Positions 27,891 to 36,931 of a DNA stretch of 64,000 bases are shown here, one piece after another (the first letter of the stretch is position 1; every line of letters begins with the position of its first letter). The position numbers and the translations under genes were made by a program. Source of the stretch: a bacterium (GTDB lineage: Bacteria > Spirochaetota > Spirochaetia > Sphaerochaetales > Sphaerochaetaceae); NCBI GenBank assembly GCA_963640795.1, contig CAVIAZ010000001.1:1282-65281 (forward strand). Reading direction: 5' to 3'. The notes under the pieces were generated by a model. It did not search any database and had not been told where the DNA came from. It worked only from the letters and a program-made list of their open reading frames with translations.

Positions 27891-29182
27891 AATATCTGAT
27901 AGAGACTTATGGATGCCAGCTTAACACAGCCGAGAGCAACGCAATTGAAATCCTATTGAAGGGAAGGGGACTTGAAAGTACCGATAATCCCGATGAAGCT
28001 GACGCAGTAATCATAAATACATGTTCTGTGAGAAAAACTGCTGAGAACCGCATTTGGGGAAGACTCGGATTCTACCATGCAATCAAAAAGAGGAAGAACC
28101 TTATCCTGATTGTCACAGGCTGTATGGCGTCCAGGCTCCGTGACGAATTGAAGAAAGAGGCACCTTTTGTTGATTTTGTGGCAACCAATGAGGAAAAGGA
28201 CAGCATTGCTTCATTCATCTCCGGGGAGGAAAAGAAAGATGAAGAGAAATACTCTTTTCTCTCTTCATATTACAAACCGGGAGAATTTTCCTCTTACATC
28301 CCGATTATGAATGGGTGCAATAACTTCTGCTCATACTGTATCGTGCCTTATGTCAGGGGACGTGAGGTCTCACGTGATACTGCTTCCATCATTGAGGAAG
28401 TGAAATTCCTTGACAGTATGAACGTTAAGGAGATTACACTCCTGGGTCAGAACGTAAATTCCTATTCTTCCAAATATGACGGGGAGGAAGTTGATTTTCC
28501 CCGCCTACTTGAGCTTATTACCCCCTACATGAAGAATATACTTTGGGTAAGGTTTGAGTCCCCTCATCCGAAGGATTTCTCCGATCATCTGATTGATGTG
28601 ATAGCAACTAACAGTAAGGTCAGTAAACACATACACCTTCCTATGCAATCTGGAAACAGCAGAATTCTCTCTCTCATGAACCGCCATACGACAAGGGAGA
28701 AGTTCATCGGTCTTGTGGAGTCGATGTATAAGAGGATTCCCTCTCTCTCACTTGCTACCGATGTTATTGTCGGTTTCCCGACAGAGACAGAGGAAGAGTA
28801 TCAGGACACGCTCTCGATGATGGAGATAATGCATCCCACAGAGGCATTCATGTACTATTTCAATTCACGTGAAGGGACTCGTGCTGCCACAATGGAGGGC
28901 CAGCTTGATGAGAAGACAAAGATAGCAAGGCTTGAGAGACTTATTAGAGAGCAGCTTGAGCGGCAGAAGATTATAAGGGAGAGCGAACTTCCGCTTGAAA
29001 GAGTGAGTATAATTACATCTGAGAGCAGGGACGATAAGACAAGGTATCTAACACGTGATGAGCATAATTATTACTACTCTGTAGAACCTTTAACAAAACA
29101 TGATATAGGGGATGTGATTAAAGTCAGGGCTACGGAGCTCTGCGGTAATACATTCCGGGGAGTTGAAATTGTCTCTTTATGA
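27887..29182 (+). CDS. miaB: radical-SAM methylthiotransferase, MiaB-like
   Basis: N-terminal ETYGCQLN (UPF0004 domain), the radical SAM cluster CNNFCSYCIVPYVRG, and a C-terminal TRAM-like region. 431 aa. Confidence 0.75.
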   Translation: MKYLIETYGCQLNTAESNAIEILLKGRGLESTDNPDEADAVIINTCSVRKTAENRIWGRLGFYHAIKKRKNLILIVTGCMASRLRDELKKEAPFVDFVATNEEKDSIASFISGEEKKDEEKYSFLSSYYKPGEFSSYIPIMNGCNNFCSYCIVPYVRGREVSRDTASIIEEVKFLDSMNVKEITLLGQNVNSYSSKYDGEEVDFPRLLELITPYMKNILWVRFESPHPKDFSDHLIDVIATNSKVSKHIHLPMQSGNSRILSLMNRHTTREKFIGLVESMYKRIPSLSLATDVIVGFPTETEEEYQDTLSMMEIMHPTEAFMYYFNSREGTRAATMEGQLDEKTKIARLERLIREQLERQKIIRESELPLERVSIITSESRDDKTRYLTRDEHNYYYSVEPLTKHDIGDVIKVRATELCGNTFRGVEIVSL

Positions 29183-29942
29183 ATCTTTTTTCACTCTAAT
29201 CGAGTCTTCACGTCGTATTGTTGCCTTCACGGGAGCCGGTATAAGCACCCTCTCGGGTATTCCTGATTTCCGCTCGGCGGGAGGAGTATACTCCAAGAAG
29301 TTCGGTTCCCTTAACGTGGAGGATATTCTCGATATAGACTTCTTCATGGCTCACCCTGAGGAATATTATGCCTGGGCCAAGACTGGCTGGTATGGGGATG
29401 AAGTCTATACCCCCAACATCATCCATAAAGTATTGAAGAAGATGGAGGATTTGGGACTCTTGAGTGAAGGTGTCTTTACACAGAACATCGATTCCCTTCA
29501 TACATATTGTGGTTCAAAGAAGGTCTATGAACTTCATGGAACACTCAGGACATCAACATGTGTCATATGTGGGAGAAAATACTCATTTGATGAAACAAAG
29601 AGAAGAATAAAGAATTTAGCGTACCCGGTTTGCGACTGCGGGGGACTACTCAAGAGTGACATAGTCTTTTATGGCGAGTCTCTTGATGAGAATATACTCT
29701 CTGCTGCCTATAAGGCATTTGGGGAGGCAGATCTTGCAATTGTTCTTGGATCTTCTCTTGTAGTAAACCCTGCTGCATCATTACCATATATGACTCTACA
29801 GAATGGTGGTAAAGTTGTAATTGTCAACAGAGACAGGACTTATCTTGATGAAAAAGCTGCGTTCGTCTTTAGAGATCTAAGTGAATGGGGAGATGAAATG
29901 GATAAGTTTCTTGAAAAAAGGGGACAGAGTATTCCTTCTTGA
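29163..29942 (+). CDS. cobB: NAD-dependent protein deacylase (Sir2 family)
   Basis: GAGISTLSGIPDFRS, TQNIDSLH, and a zinc module CxxC...CxC (CVICGRK...CDCGG). The TTG start overlaps miaB by 20 nt and is uncertain. Confidence 0.85.
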   Translation: MKLSLYESFFTLIESSRRIVAFTGAGISTLSGIPDFRSAGGVYSKKFGSLNVEDILDIDFFMAHPEEYYAWAKTGWYGDEVYTPNIIHKVLKKMEDLGLLSEGVFTQNIDSLHTYCGSKKVYELHGTLRTSTCVICGRKYSFDETKRRIKNLAYPVCDCGGLLKSDIVFYGESLDENILSAAYKAFGEADLAIVLGSSLVVNPAASLPYMTLQNGGKVVIVNRDRTYLDEKAAFVFRDLSEWGDEMDKFLEKRGQSIPS

Positions 29943-29977
29943 GGAAAAATTGATTATATTATTTAAAACACGCTTTT

Positions 29978-30348
29978 GGGGGTGTTTTGGTTTCGACTGG
30001 CTTTGCTAGGCTATAGACTGCGGATCAAGAGCTGACTTGTTAAACCGGCAAAAAAAATTAAATGCTAAAAAAGAAGAAGACTACGAAGTCGAATCTGAAG
30101 CATTTGCTCTTGCTGCGTAAGCGGTAAGGCAAAAAGAGGGAAAGTTAAGTCTCTGGCGGACTCTCTTCTTTGACAAAGGAGACTTATCTTCTGTAATTGT
30201 CTCGTGACAGGAGAGAAATCTTAGGGACTGCCTCATGTACAACGCAAGTTCTGCTGCCGAGTATGTGAATAAGATTAGAAACAGGACTATATCCGTAGAC
30301 GTTTATAGGTAGACTGTTAGGACAGGAGTTCGAGTCTCCTCACCTCCA
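29978..30348 (+). ncRNA. ssrA: tmRNA (ssrA)
   Basis: The 5' GGGGGUG pairs with the 3' CACCUCC, including a G3-U wobble (Ala identity), followed by discriminator A. CCA is not encoded. T-arm GGAGTTCGAGTCTCC. Internal tag ORF GCT...GCG TAA (30064-30120) encodes AKKEEDYEVESEAFALAA. Confidence 0.9.
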
Positions 30349-30359
30349 GATTCTTTTTT

Positions 30360-30393
30360 CCTTATCCGTGAATTCAGATAAGGATTTTTTTTT
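30360..30393 (+). terminator. rho-independent terminator after ssrA
   Basis: Stem CCTTATC / GATAAGG with a 10-nt loop, followed by a run of 9 T. Confidence 0.8.
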
Positions 30394-31852
30394 AGTGTAG
30401 ATCCATGAAATTTACAGTGTGTGCCAGCGTGAGTGATAATGCATTCTTCTTGTTATAGAAATCAAATGCAGAAGAGAATGAGATGTCAATCTGTAGCCCG
30501 GGTTTATAGAGCCATGAAAGAGATGATGAGATGAGCAGGGTAGTCATCTTATCACCATAAAGCCTGTATCTGTAGTTATAGTCTATCTCTCCTGAAGTAT
30601 ATCCTTCTGTGCCATATTTTGAATCAATTGTGTAACTGCTTCCTCTGATCAACAATCCCAAGTCAAGGTTAGTGGAGATATTTCCAGATATGTATCCAAT
30701 ACTGATTTTCTGGTACAGACTGTTCGGCCCGAATTTGAATCCAAGATAGAATGCATTTGGTTCAGCTATGCTTCTGTACCCGTCCATGTAGAGTGGGACT
30801 GTAAACTTGCCGTCTTCCCTTTCCCTGTTGTACATATAAGGATTGCAGAAGTAAATCTCATAACTCAGAAGAAGACCTGTGCTGAACCCTAGTGAAGGCG
30901 AAGAGAGGGTGTATTTCTCACGGTCACTCCTTATTGTTGAACTTTCTTTCCCATTGATAATCTGCCACTCAATTCCTGCCATAATAGCATGGGCTGAGGG
31001 CTTCCCCTTCTCATGGCTTTCTGTCGGAAGATCAAAGTCGTCCATGGCAAATTCAGAATATATTCTTAAAGATGGGATAACCAACCATTCCGCATCAAGA
31101 TAAAGCATTACATTCGAATAATTCTGGTAGAGATTATGATAGACTCCGAACGGCGAGATATCGACAAGGTTCGGGATACGTCCATAAATAAGATTGAGTT
31201 CTCCGATTGTGAATTTGAGGAAGTCAGAGTTGTATCCGATACTGTGAAGTATAATCGTCTTGTCCTGGCTTTCAGCATTTCTCAACGCTGCCCGGTTAGT
31301 GGAGATGTATACGAAGTTATACCTGAGTGATGAAATATTATATTCGGCCCATATGCTGTCAAGAAACGGGACATCACTGCTCAAAGCTATGTTGTGTGTA
31401 GCTCCTCCCCAGTTGAGCGGTCTTCTGCCTGCACTGAGAAAGAGATTCCCCGCTCTGAACTCACCGAACGCATAACGGGGGAAGTTAAGGTCAAATATAT
31501 TGTTCAGAATACTGAAATCATATGGTATGTTGGAGTACGTTCTTTTTTCATAGTATGAGTTAAGCGTTCCTCTTATGTCTATATCAAAAACTATCCTGAA
31601 ATATTCATCTTCTACCGAAAACCCTATATCACCAAGTCTGTTGTCTTCAAAATAGCGGTAATACACATCCTGTTTAGTTTCATAGAAACCACGGCTTCTG
31701 TATTCATCACTGTAGGGTGAAAGTGTGAGATCAAAAAGTGGGTAATTTGAATAACTCAAATCAGGAGAAAGCAAAAGAGTGGCATTGAATGATGCAAACA
31801 GCAGAAATGAGATAAGAGAAAGAAAGATAACAGAAATGAGTTTTTTTGCCAT
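30392..31852 (-). CDS. putative outer-membrane beta-barrel protein (possibly Wzi-like)
   Basis: Signal-like N-terminus (MAKKLISVIFLSLISFLLFASF), a long alternating aromatic/polar pattern, and a GRRPLNWGGATHNIALSSDVPFLDSIW segment reminiscent of Wzi-type barrels. The ORF track starts 8 codons earlier, at 31876. Confidence 0.45.
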   Translation of the reverse strand: MAKKLISVIFLSLISFLLFASFNATLLLSPDLSYSNYPLFDLTLSPYSDEYRSRGFYETKQDVYYRYFEDNRLGDIGFSVEDEYFRIVFDIDIRGTLNSYYEKRTYSNIPYDFSILNNIFDLNFPRYAFGEFRAGNLFLSAGRRPLNWGGATHNIALSSDVPFLDSIWAEYNISSLRYNFVYISTNRAALRNAESQDKTIILHSIGYNSDFLKFTIGELNLIYGRIPNLVDISPFGVYHNLYQNYSNVMLYLDAEWLVIPSLRIYSEFAMDDFDLPTESHEKGKPSAHAIMAGIEWQIINGKESSTIRSDREKYTLSSPSLGFSTGLLLSYEIYFCNPYMYNREREDGKFTVPLYMDGYRSIAEPNAFYLGFKFGPNSLYQKISIGYISGNISTNLDLGLLIRGSSYTIDSKYGTEGYTSGEIDYNYRYRLYGDKMTTLLISSSLSWLYKPGLQIDISFSSAFDFYNKKNALSLTLAHTVNFMDLH

Positions 31853-31947
31853 AACATCAACAATTTTACACATCATGGAGCAAACTTACAAAGCAAATTT
31901 CGGCTCTAATCTGTTAGAAATGCTCGCATTTGTATTAAACTTATCCC

Positions 31948-32718
31948 ATGAGATATTACACAGTTGCAGATGTTCATGGATTCTATACGCCCCTTATGAA
32001 AGCCCTTGAAGAGAGCGGGTACTTCAGTGATGGCGGTGAGCACAAACTTGTCGTATGCGGGGACTTGATGGACAGGGGAGAGGAGGCTCTAAAACTCCAG
32101 GAATTCATTCTTTCACTTATGGAGAAGGATGAAGTCATACTCATCCGAGGAAACCATGAAGACCTGTTTCTGGATCTTGTTGATAATGCTTCCATATATA
32201 TGACTCTGGATGGTCTCAAATCTCATCACTACACGAACGGAACAATTAGTTCGGCTCTTCAGCTTACCGGTTATGACATATATCAGGCAATTATGAGTCC
32301 CGTAATGTTCGGGGCTAAGGCTGTCAATACACCTTTTTACAACAGAATCATTCCGGCTACAATAAATTACTTTGAAACTGAGCGATATATCTTCGTCCAC
32401 GGATGGATTCCGTGTACAACTCTTGGAGAGGATACTTTTATATATGACTCCAACTGGAGGGAGGCTAACTCAGAGCAATGGGAAAGGGCACGCTGGATCA
32501 ATGGCATGAAAGCCTGGTCACGCGGAGTCAGGGAGAAGGGAAAGACAATAATCTGCGGACACTGGCACACGTCCTACGGCCACGCTGTGCTTGAGGGAAG
32601 ATGTACGGAGTTCGGAGCAGACGCAGACTTCTCACCATTCACAGGTGACGGAATTTTAGCCATTGATTCATGTACAGCATATACCGGAAAGGTGAATTGC
32701 GTAGTACTTGAAGACTAA
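31948..32718 (+). CDS. calcineurin-like metallophosphoesterase (PPP-type Ser/Thr phosphatase-like)
   Basis: Motifs DVHG, GDLMDRG, RGNHE and GHWH in canonical order. Confidence 0.8.
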   Translation: MRYYTVADVHGFYTPLMKALEESGYFSDGGEHKLVVCGDLMDRGEEALKLQEFILSLMEKDEVILIRGNHEDLFLDLVDNASIYMTLDGLKSHHYTNGTISSALQLTGYDIYQAIMSPVMFGAKAVNTPFYNRIIPATINYFETERYIFVHGWIPCTTLGEDTFIYDSNWREANSEQWERARWINGMKAWSRGVREKGKTIICGHWHTSYGHAVLEGRCTEFGADADFSPFTGDGILAIDSCTAYTGKVNCVVLED

Positions 32719-33185
32719 TATCTGTTGAGATCCCTCAGCTCACGGCGCTGCTGGATTTTTGCATCCTTTTCCTTAATGGCCTCTTTCTTGTCGTGGACAT
32801 TCTTACCGCGGGCAAGTGCAATCTTCATCTTCACGAGGTTACCTTTTATATAAATCTCAAGAGGAACTATCGTCAGTCCTTTCTCGTTGACCTTGCGTGT
32901 GAACTTCTTGATCTCCATCTTGTGGGCAAGAAGCTGACGCTTCCTGTCAGCCTGGTGGTTGAAGATGTTGCCGTGCGTGTAGGGCTGGATCAGAAATCCG
33001 ACAAGTGTCAGCGTTCCGTTCTTTGCAACGATATAGCTGTCAGAGAAGGAGCATTTGCTTTCCCTGACAGATTTTACCTCAGTTCCCTGCAATGCTATTC
33101 CGCATTCAAGTTCTTCGAGTATTTCATAGTTAAAATATGCTTTCTTGTTTTTCTGTATCAGTTTGAAGTTCTTTTCGTCACTCAT
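32715..33185 (-). CDS. smpB: SsrA-binding protein SmpB
   Basis: 156 aa with NKKAYFNYEILEELECGIALQGTEVKS and a basic C-terminal tail. Confidence 0.93.
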   Translation of the reverse strand: MSDEKNFKLIQKNKKAYFNYEILEELECGIALQGTEVKSVRESKCSFSDSYIVAKNGTLTLVGFLIQPYTHGNIFNHQADRKRQLLAHKMEIKKFTRKVNEKGLTIVPLEIYIKGNLVKMKIALARGKNVHDKKEAIKEKDAKIQQRRELRDLNRY

Positions 33186-34599
33186 GTTTCACCAGCCTGA
33201 ATCCGTTGAACTCGGATGTCTTTGCCTTGTTTGTGATTCCTATGTCATTGATCGTTATATTCTCGCTGACATAGCTTCCGCCCATCACGATTATATCATC
33301 AAAGGGATAAAGAGCAGAGAGTCTTATAAGTGTATCTTTGTCAACAAGTCTCATCAGAGGCATATATACTGTCTCTGTCATATCCCAGAGTTGCCCCATC
33401 AGAGAAGTAGGAGTTGAGGAATTATTTTCGACATAGACAAGGGACGTAACATATTTCTTATCTTCTGCAGAGAGGGCAGCCACTGTCCATTCGGTAAGAG
33501 TCGGGAGTGAGTATTCAACTCCGTCCTTTTCTGATTTCCATTTTATATAAGCCTCAGCGGCATACCAGCTAATGCACCTTATAGGCCTGGAAGAGCGAGA
33601 GGAGAGGGTGATGCCTTTGAGATAGTTCGAGTCAGCAAGTCCAAGGGAAACAAGCTCCTCCACATTGTCCCTGCTCCACATCGGGTTCTCATCAACAAAG
33701 GAGGCATACTCATTCTCTGTGACAAGATTCCCGCTCATCCAGAATGTGTCATAAGTAACAGTCTGCGGGAGGCTGTTGCTCTCCGGGTAGCTGGTCTCTG
33801 CTGTCTTACCAAGTGTAATCTGTCCTTCTTTATACTTATAAAAAGACCCATCTTTTTCAACTTCTATTTCTGTTGTTTTATCTGTCTTAATGACTTCATT
33901 GACAATACCTTCTCCATAGAGGGTTGAAAGAAAACCCTCCACACTTTGAAGTGAAGTGGAGATATAAGAAATGCCATTGTCATCAAGTATTTTCCGTCCG
34001 TTTATATAATCGTCATACATTGTGGATGAAGTTATATGTAATGCTCCGTAGAGCCATGCATCCGCCACATCCGTAATCCCCATCTCTGCTGCACTTTGAG
34101 AGAACTTAGTAAACACAGAGGGGTATTTGACATCCGCGCTGTAGTCGGTTATAGGGGAGTAGATGGCCACAGTTGAGGCAAATTCCTCCACAGCCTTCGA
34201 CTTCGCCTCTTCTGTGTAGCTGAAAGAAGGTGTGACTTTATATACATAGTTATGGAAAAATGTGAAGAAAGAGTGTTTCGGAACATCAACTTCCTCTTTT
34301 CCGATTTCAATTCCCTCATAAGTGAATGTATATGTGTGACTTCCGCCCGTTGTCTCAAGTACAGTGCCGTAGCCGTTACCCAAATACCTTCCGTCCTCAT
34401 AGACACCGAAAACGGGAAGTGAAGAAGAGAATGATATATATTCAACATTGCTCACAAGCCCGGGAAGAAGGCAGATTAGAAAGAATATTATTAAAAGAAA
34501 GAGAAAATGCAAAGCAAGGATATAATAAGCCGGGCGTATGCCGTGCCAGGGTTTCAGCTCCACTTTTTCAACTTCCGGAAGTTGTGGTTTTTTAAACAT
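33178..34599 (-). CDS. membrane-anchored protein with C-terminal FGE-sulfatase (SUMF1 / C-type-lectin-like) domain
   Basis: N-terminal TM helix (YYILALHFLFLLIIFFLICLLPGL). The C-terminal third has PIRCISWYAAEAYIKW..., LPTLTEWTVAA, GGSY... and NGFRLV, typical of the FGE-sulfatase fold. Confidence 0.65.
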   Translation of the reverse strand: MFKKPQLPEVEKVELKPWHGIRPAYYILALHFLFLLIIFFLICLLPGLVSNVEYISFSSSLPVFGVYEDGRYLGNGYGTVLETTGGSHTYTFTYEGIEIGKEEVDVPKHSFFTFFHNYVYKVTPSFSYTEEAKSKAVEEFASTVAIYSPITDYSADVKYPSVFTKFSQSAAEMGITDVADAWLYGALHITSSTMYDDYINGRKILDDNGISYISTSLQSVEGFLSTLYGEGIVNEVIKTDKTTEIEVEKDGSFYKYKEGQITLGKTAETSYPESNSLPQTVTYDTFWMSGNLVTENEYASFVDENPMWSRDNVEELVSLGLADSNYLKGITLSSRSSRPIRCISWYAAEAYIKWKSEKDGVEYSLPTLTEWTVAALSAEDKKYVTSLVYVENNSSTPTSLMGQLWDMTETVYMPLMRLVDKDTLIRLSALYPFDDIIVMGGSYVSENITINDIGITNKAKTSEFNGFRLVKHE

Positions 34600-34663
34600 A
34601 GCATTAAGGTAAGCATCAAATCTTCTCTTGTCAATTAAGGGCGGGAAGTGTTACCTTGTCTCT

Positions 34664-35662
34664 ATGGAAAAATTCCTCTGTTGGGTGGAAGACACCACAG
34701 TTAAGAGACTTACAAAAAGAAAAGCCAAAAGGCTCTACAACAAGACAAAAAAGAGGACATTCCTCTCAGAGGCGCTTGAGTGGCTGGATGCACTTGCCTT
34801 TGGTGTGTTCTGGGTGATAATAATCAACCAATTTCTCTTCCAGCTCTTTGTAATTCCCTCTCCGAGTATGGTTTCAACTCTTCTTGTTGGAGACAGGGTT
34901 GTTGTAAGCAAGACCGAGTACGGGATTGAAATCTATCCGGGAGGGCCTAAACTCTTTGAAAGTTCAAGCCGTGTACAGCGGGATGACATAATAACATTTT
35001 ATAATCCTGAATATGATTCAAAGGGACCTTTCTTCGATATCTTGAGCCAGGCTATATACATGGGGACACTGTCTCTTGTAAACATCGACAAGGACAGTGA
35101 CGGCAATGTTCGGGAAAGACTTTTTGTAAAGCGCTGTGCCGCCCTTGCAGGTGACAGGGTTAAGTTCATTGATGGTGATGTTTATATAAAAGTTGCGGGA
35201 AGCGGTGAATATGTGAAGGAGAGTGAACTACGTGAGACGAACAGCCTCAGTACCGCACCCCAGCGCAGTGTGGATACTTCCCTCTATGATGCCCTCAAGT
35301 CGGTGGCTAGGATTGAGGCTTACAGCGAAAAAGACCTAAGCTATCCTCAATATCTTGTAGAAGAGTACAGAAAGATGGCAGGTGGGGAATATGACTACAA
35401 GTTTGACCTCTATGAATACAACCGTGCCTACTATGATGAATTGAATAATATTGATCCGTCCGATATGACAATACGTGCTTCCCTTGCCAAATACATGGCA
35501 GGTATCTATGTGCCTGACGGCTCCGTACTGCCTCTTGGGGACAACAGGGATAACAGCCAGGACGGTCGTTATTTCGGTCCTGTCAGCGAAGACGACGTCA
35601 ACGGACGAGTCATCGCACGCTTCTGGCCTCTTACCAGAATCAGTATTCTTACAGATGATTGA
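34664..35662 (+). CDS. lepB: signal peptidase I
   Basis: S26 motifs IPSPSMVSTLLVGDRVVV (catalytic Ser), FVKRCAALAGD (Lys box) and GDNRDNSQDGRYFG. The probable start is ATG 34664 (track: TTG 34628). Confidence 0.88.
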   Translation: MEKFLCWVEDTTVKRLTKRKAKRLYNKTKKRTFLSEALEWLDALAFGVFWVIIINQFLFQLFVIPSPSMVSTLLVGDRVVVSKTEYGIEIYPGGPKLFESSSRVQRDDIITFYNPEYDSKGPFFDILSQAIYMGTLSLVNIDKDSDGNVRERLFVKRCAALAGDRVKFIDGDVYIKVAGSGEYVKESELRETNSLSTAPQRSVDTSLYDALKSVARIEAYSEKDLSYPQYLVEEYRKMAGGEYDYKFDLYEYNRAYYDELNNIDPSDMTIRASLAKYMAGIYVPDGSVLPLGDNRDNSQDGRYFGPVSEDDVNGRVIARFWPLTRISILTDD

Positions 35663-36770
35663 TTCATATATCCCCTCACGTCCTGTCTCCCTTTATATTC
35701 ATGTTCCGTTCTGCAGACAGAGATGCGATTATTGTGCCTTTTACTCATCGGTTCTTGATGAGAAGAAAAAAGATGATTTCTTTCTTGTGCTCCAGAAGGA
35801 ACTGGAAGTCATAGTAGAGGAAATCCATAAGCCTTTTTATACAATATACTTTGGTGGTGGCAACCCTATTCTGCTCGGAGTAGACAGAATCCTCTCCCTT
35901 ATTGAAATTGCATCAAGGTATGGAAAGAGTAAAGAGTGCACCATTGAGATAAACCCAGAGGACGTTTCAGCAGAGCTGGAGAGGCTCTACCCAGCAGTGA
36001 ACAGGATTTCCACAGGAATCCAGTCCATGGCTGACAGCACCCTCTCTTTCCTGAACAGGAAGGCACGTGCCGGGGACAATATAAGGGCGATGGAATATCT
36101 TTCATCCTCTCCATTCATATGGAATGCTGATCTCATTACTGCAGTTCCCGGAACAACAGTCAGCGATGCTCTTTCTGACATAGATAAAGTTGTCCGGTAT
36201 AATCCGGAGCATATCTCATTCTATTGTCTGACATTTGAGGAGAATACCCCCCTTATCAGACGTACGTCTCCGCTCGGGGAGGAGAAGGAGAGGGAATTCC
36301 TCCTCACGGGATGGAAGAGACTTAAGGATCTCGGATACAGCCACTATGAAATCAGTGCATTCGCAAAGCCCGGTTTCGAATGCAAGCACAACTCAGTCTA
36401 CTGGGAGCTCGGGCAGTACATAGGACTCGGCCCATCTGCGGAGTCTTATCTCGGCTACAGTGACGGTGCGACAATGAGAAATACGGAGGACATAGACTCA
36501 TACATTAAGTCTCCCGATTTCAACTGTGAGCGTCTTACGAAAAAAGAGACGGAGGAAAGTTTTCTGATAACAGCTCTCAGAACCTCAAAAGGGATAGAAA
36601 AGAGCGAATACGAGAGGAGATTTTCCTCTTCCTTTGATGAAACCTATCTTGAGGCAATACCCCGACTTGATGAGAATTGGTATGAAAATACCCAATCCTT
36701 TTTCCGCCTGACAGAAGAGGGTATGATGATGCTTAATACTGTCATATTGACGCTGAGCATGGTTATTTGA
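35655..36770 (+). CDS. hemW: radical-SAM HemW/HemN-like protein (coproporphyrinogen III oxidase family)
   Basis: LYIHVPFCRQRCDYCAFYS (CxxxCxxC) and GGGNP motifs. The ATG at 35655 overlaps the lepB stop. The 60 codons upstream in the ORF track lie inside lepB and are not credible. Confidence 0.85.
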   Translation: MIDSYIPSRPVSLYIHVPFCRQRCDYCAFYSSVLDEKKKDDFFLVLQKELEVIVEEIHKPFYTIYFGGGNPILLGVDRILSLIEIASRYGKSKECTIEINPEDVSAELERLYPAVNRISTGIQSMADSTLSFLNRKARAGDNIRAMEYLSSSPFIWNADLITAVPGTTVSDALSDIDKVVRYNPEHISFYCLTFEENTPLIRRTSPLGEEKEREFLLTGWKRLKDLGYSHYEISAFAKPGFECKHNSVYWELGQYIGLGPSAESYLGYSDGATMRNTEDIDSYIKSPDFNCERLTKKETEESFLITALRTSKGIEKSEYERRFSSSFDETYLEAIPRLDENWYENTQSFFRLTEEGMMMLNTVILTLSMVI

Positions 36771-36868
36771 TGAGAAAACGAAAGAAACAGGCTGATTTTA
36801 GATACAGAAAAAATGTAGATTCAGCTTATCTGAGTATTCATTTATATGGTTGCTTTCAGGCAAATATA

Positions 36869-36896
36869 TTGACTGAAAAATACCGGCTGTGATAAT
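36869..36896 (+). promoter_or_regulatory. candidate sigma70 promoter for yebC-ruvC
   Basis: TTGACT (36869-36874), 16 nt spacer ending in TGT, then GATAAT (36891-36896), 36 nt upstream of the yebC ATG. Confidence 0.45.
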
Positions 36897-36931
36897 TTCA
36901 TGGGGTATTCTAAAAATATCGAGGTATATAC

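Noticed and set aside
33178-33330. Possible diversity-generating retroelement (DGR) variable region at the 3' end of the FGE/CLec-fold gene
   Set aside because: A DGR needs a nearby template repeat and a reverse transcriptase or Avd. I see no second copy of this 3' segment and no RT-like ORF anywhere in the window, and smpB abuts the gene directly. It cannot be excluded that a TR/RT lies elsewhere in the genome.
35475-35654. 60-codon N-terminal extension of the hemW ORF in the track
   Set aside because: It lies entirely within lepB in another frame and has no homology-like features. The conserved HemW N-terminus begins at the ATG at 35655, which overlaps the lepB stop.
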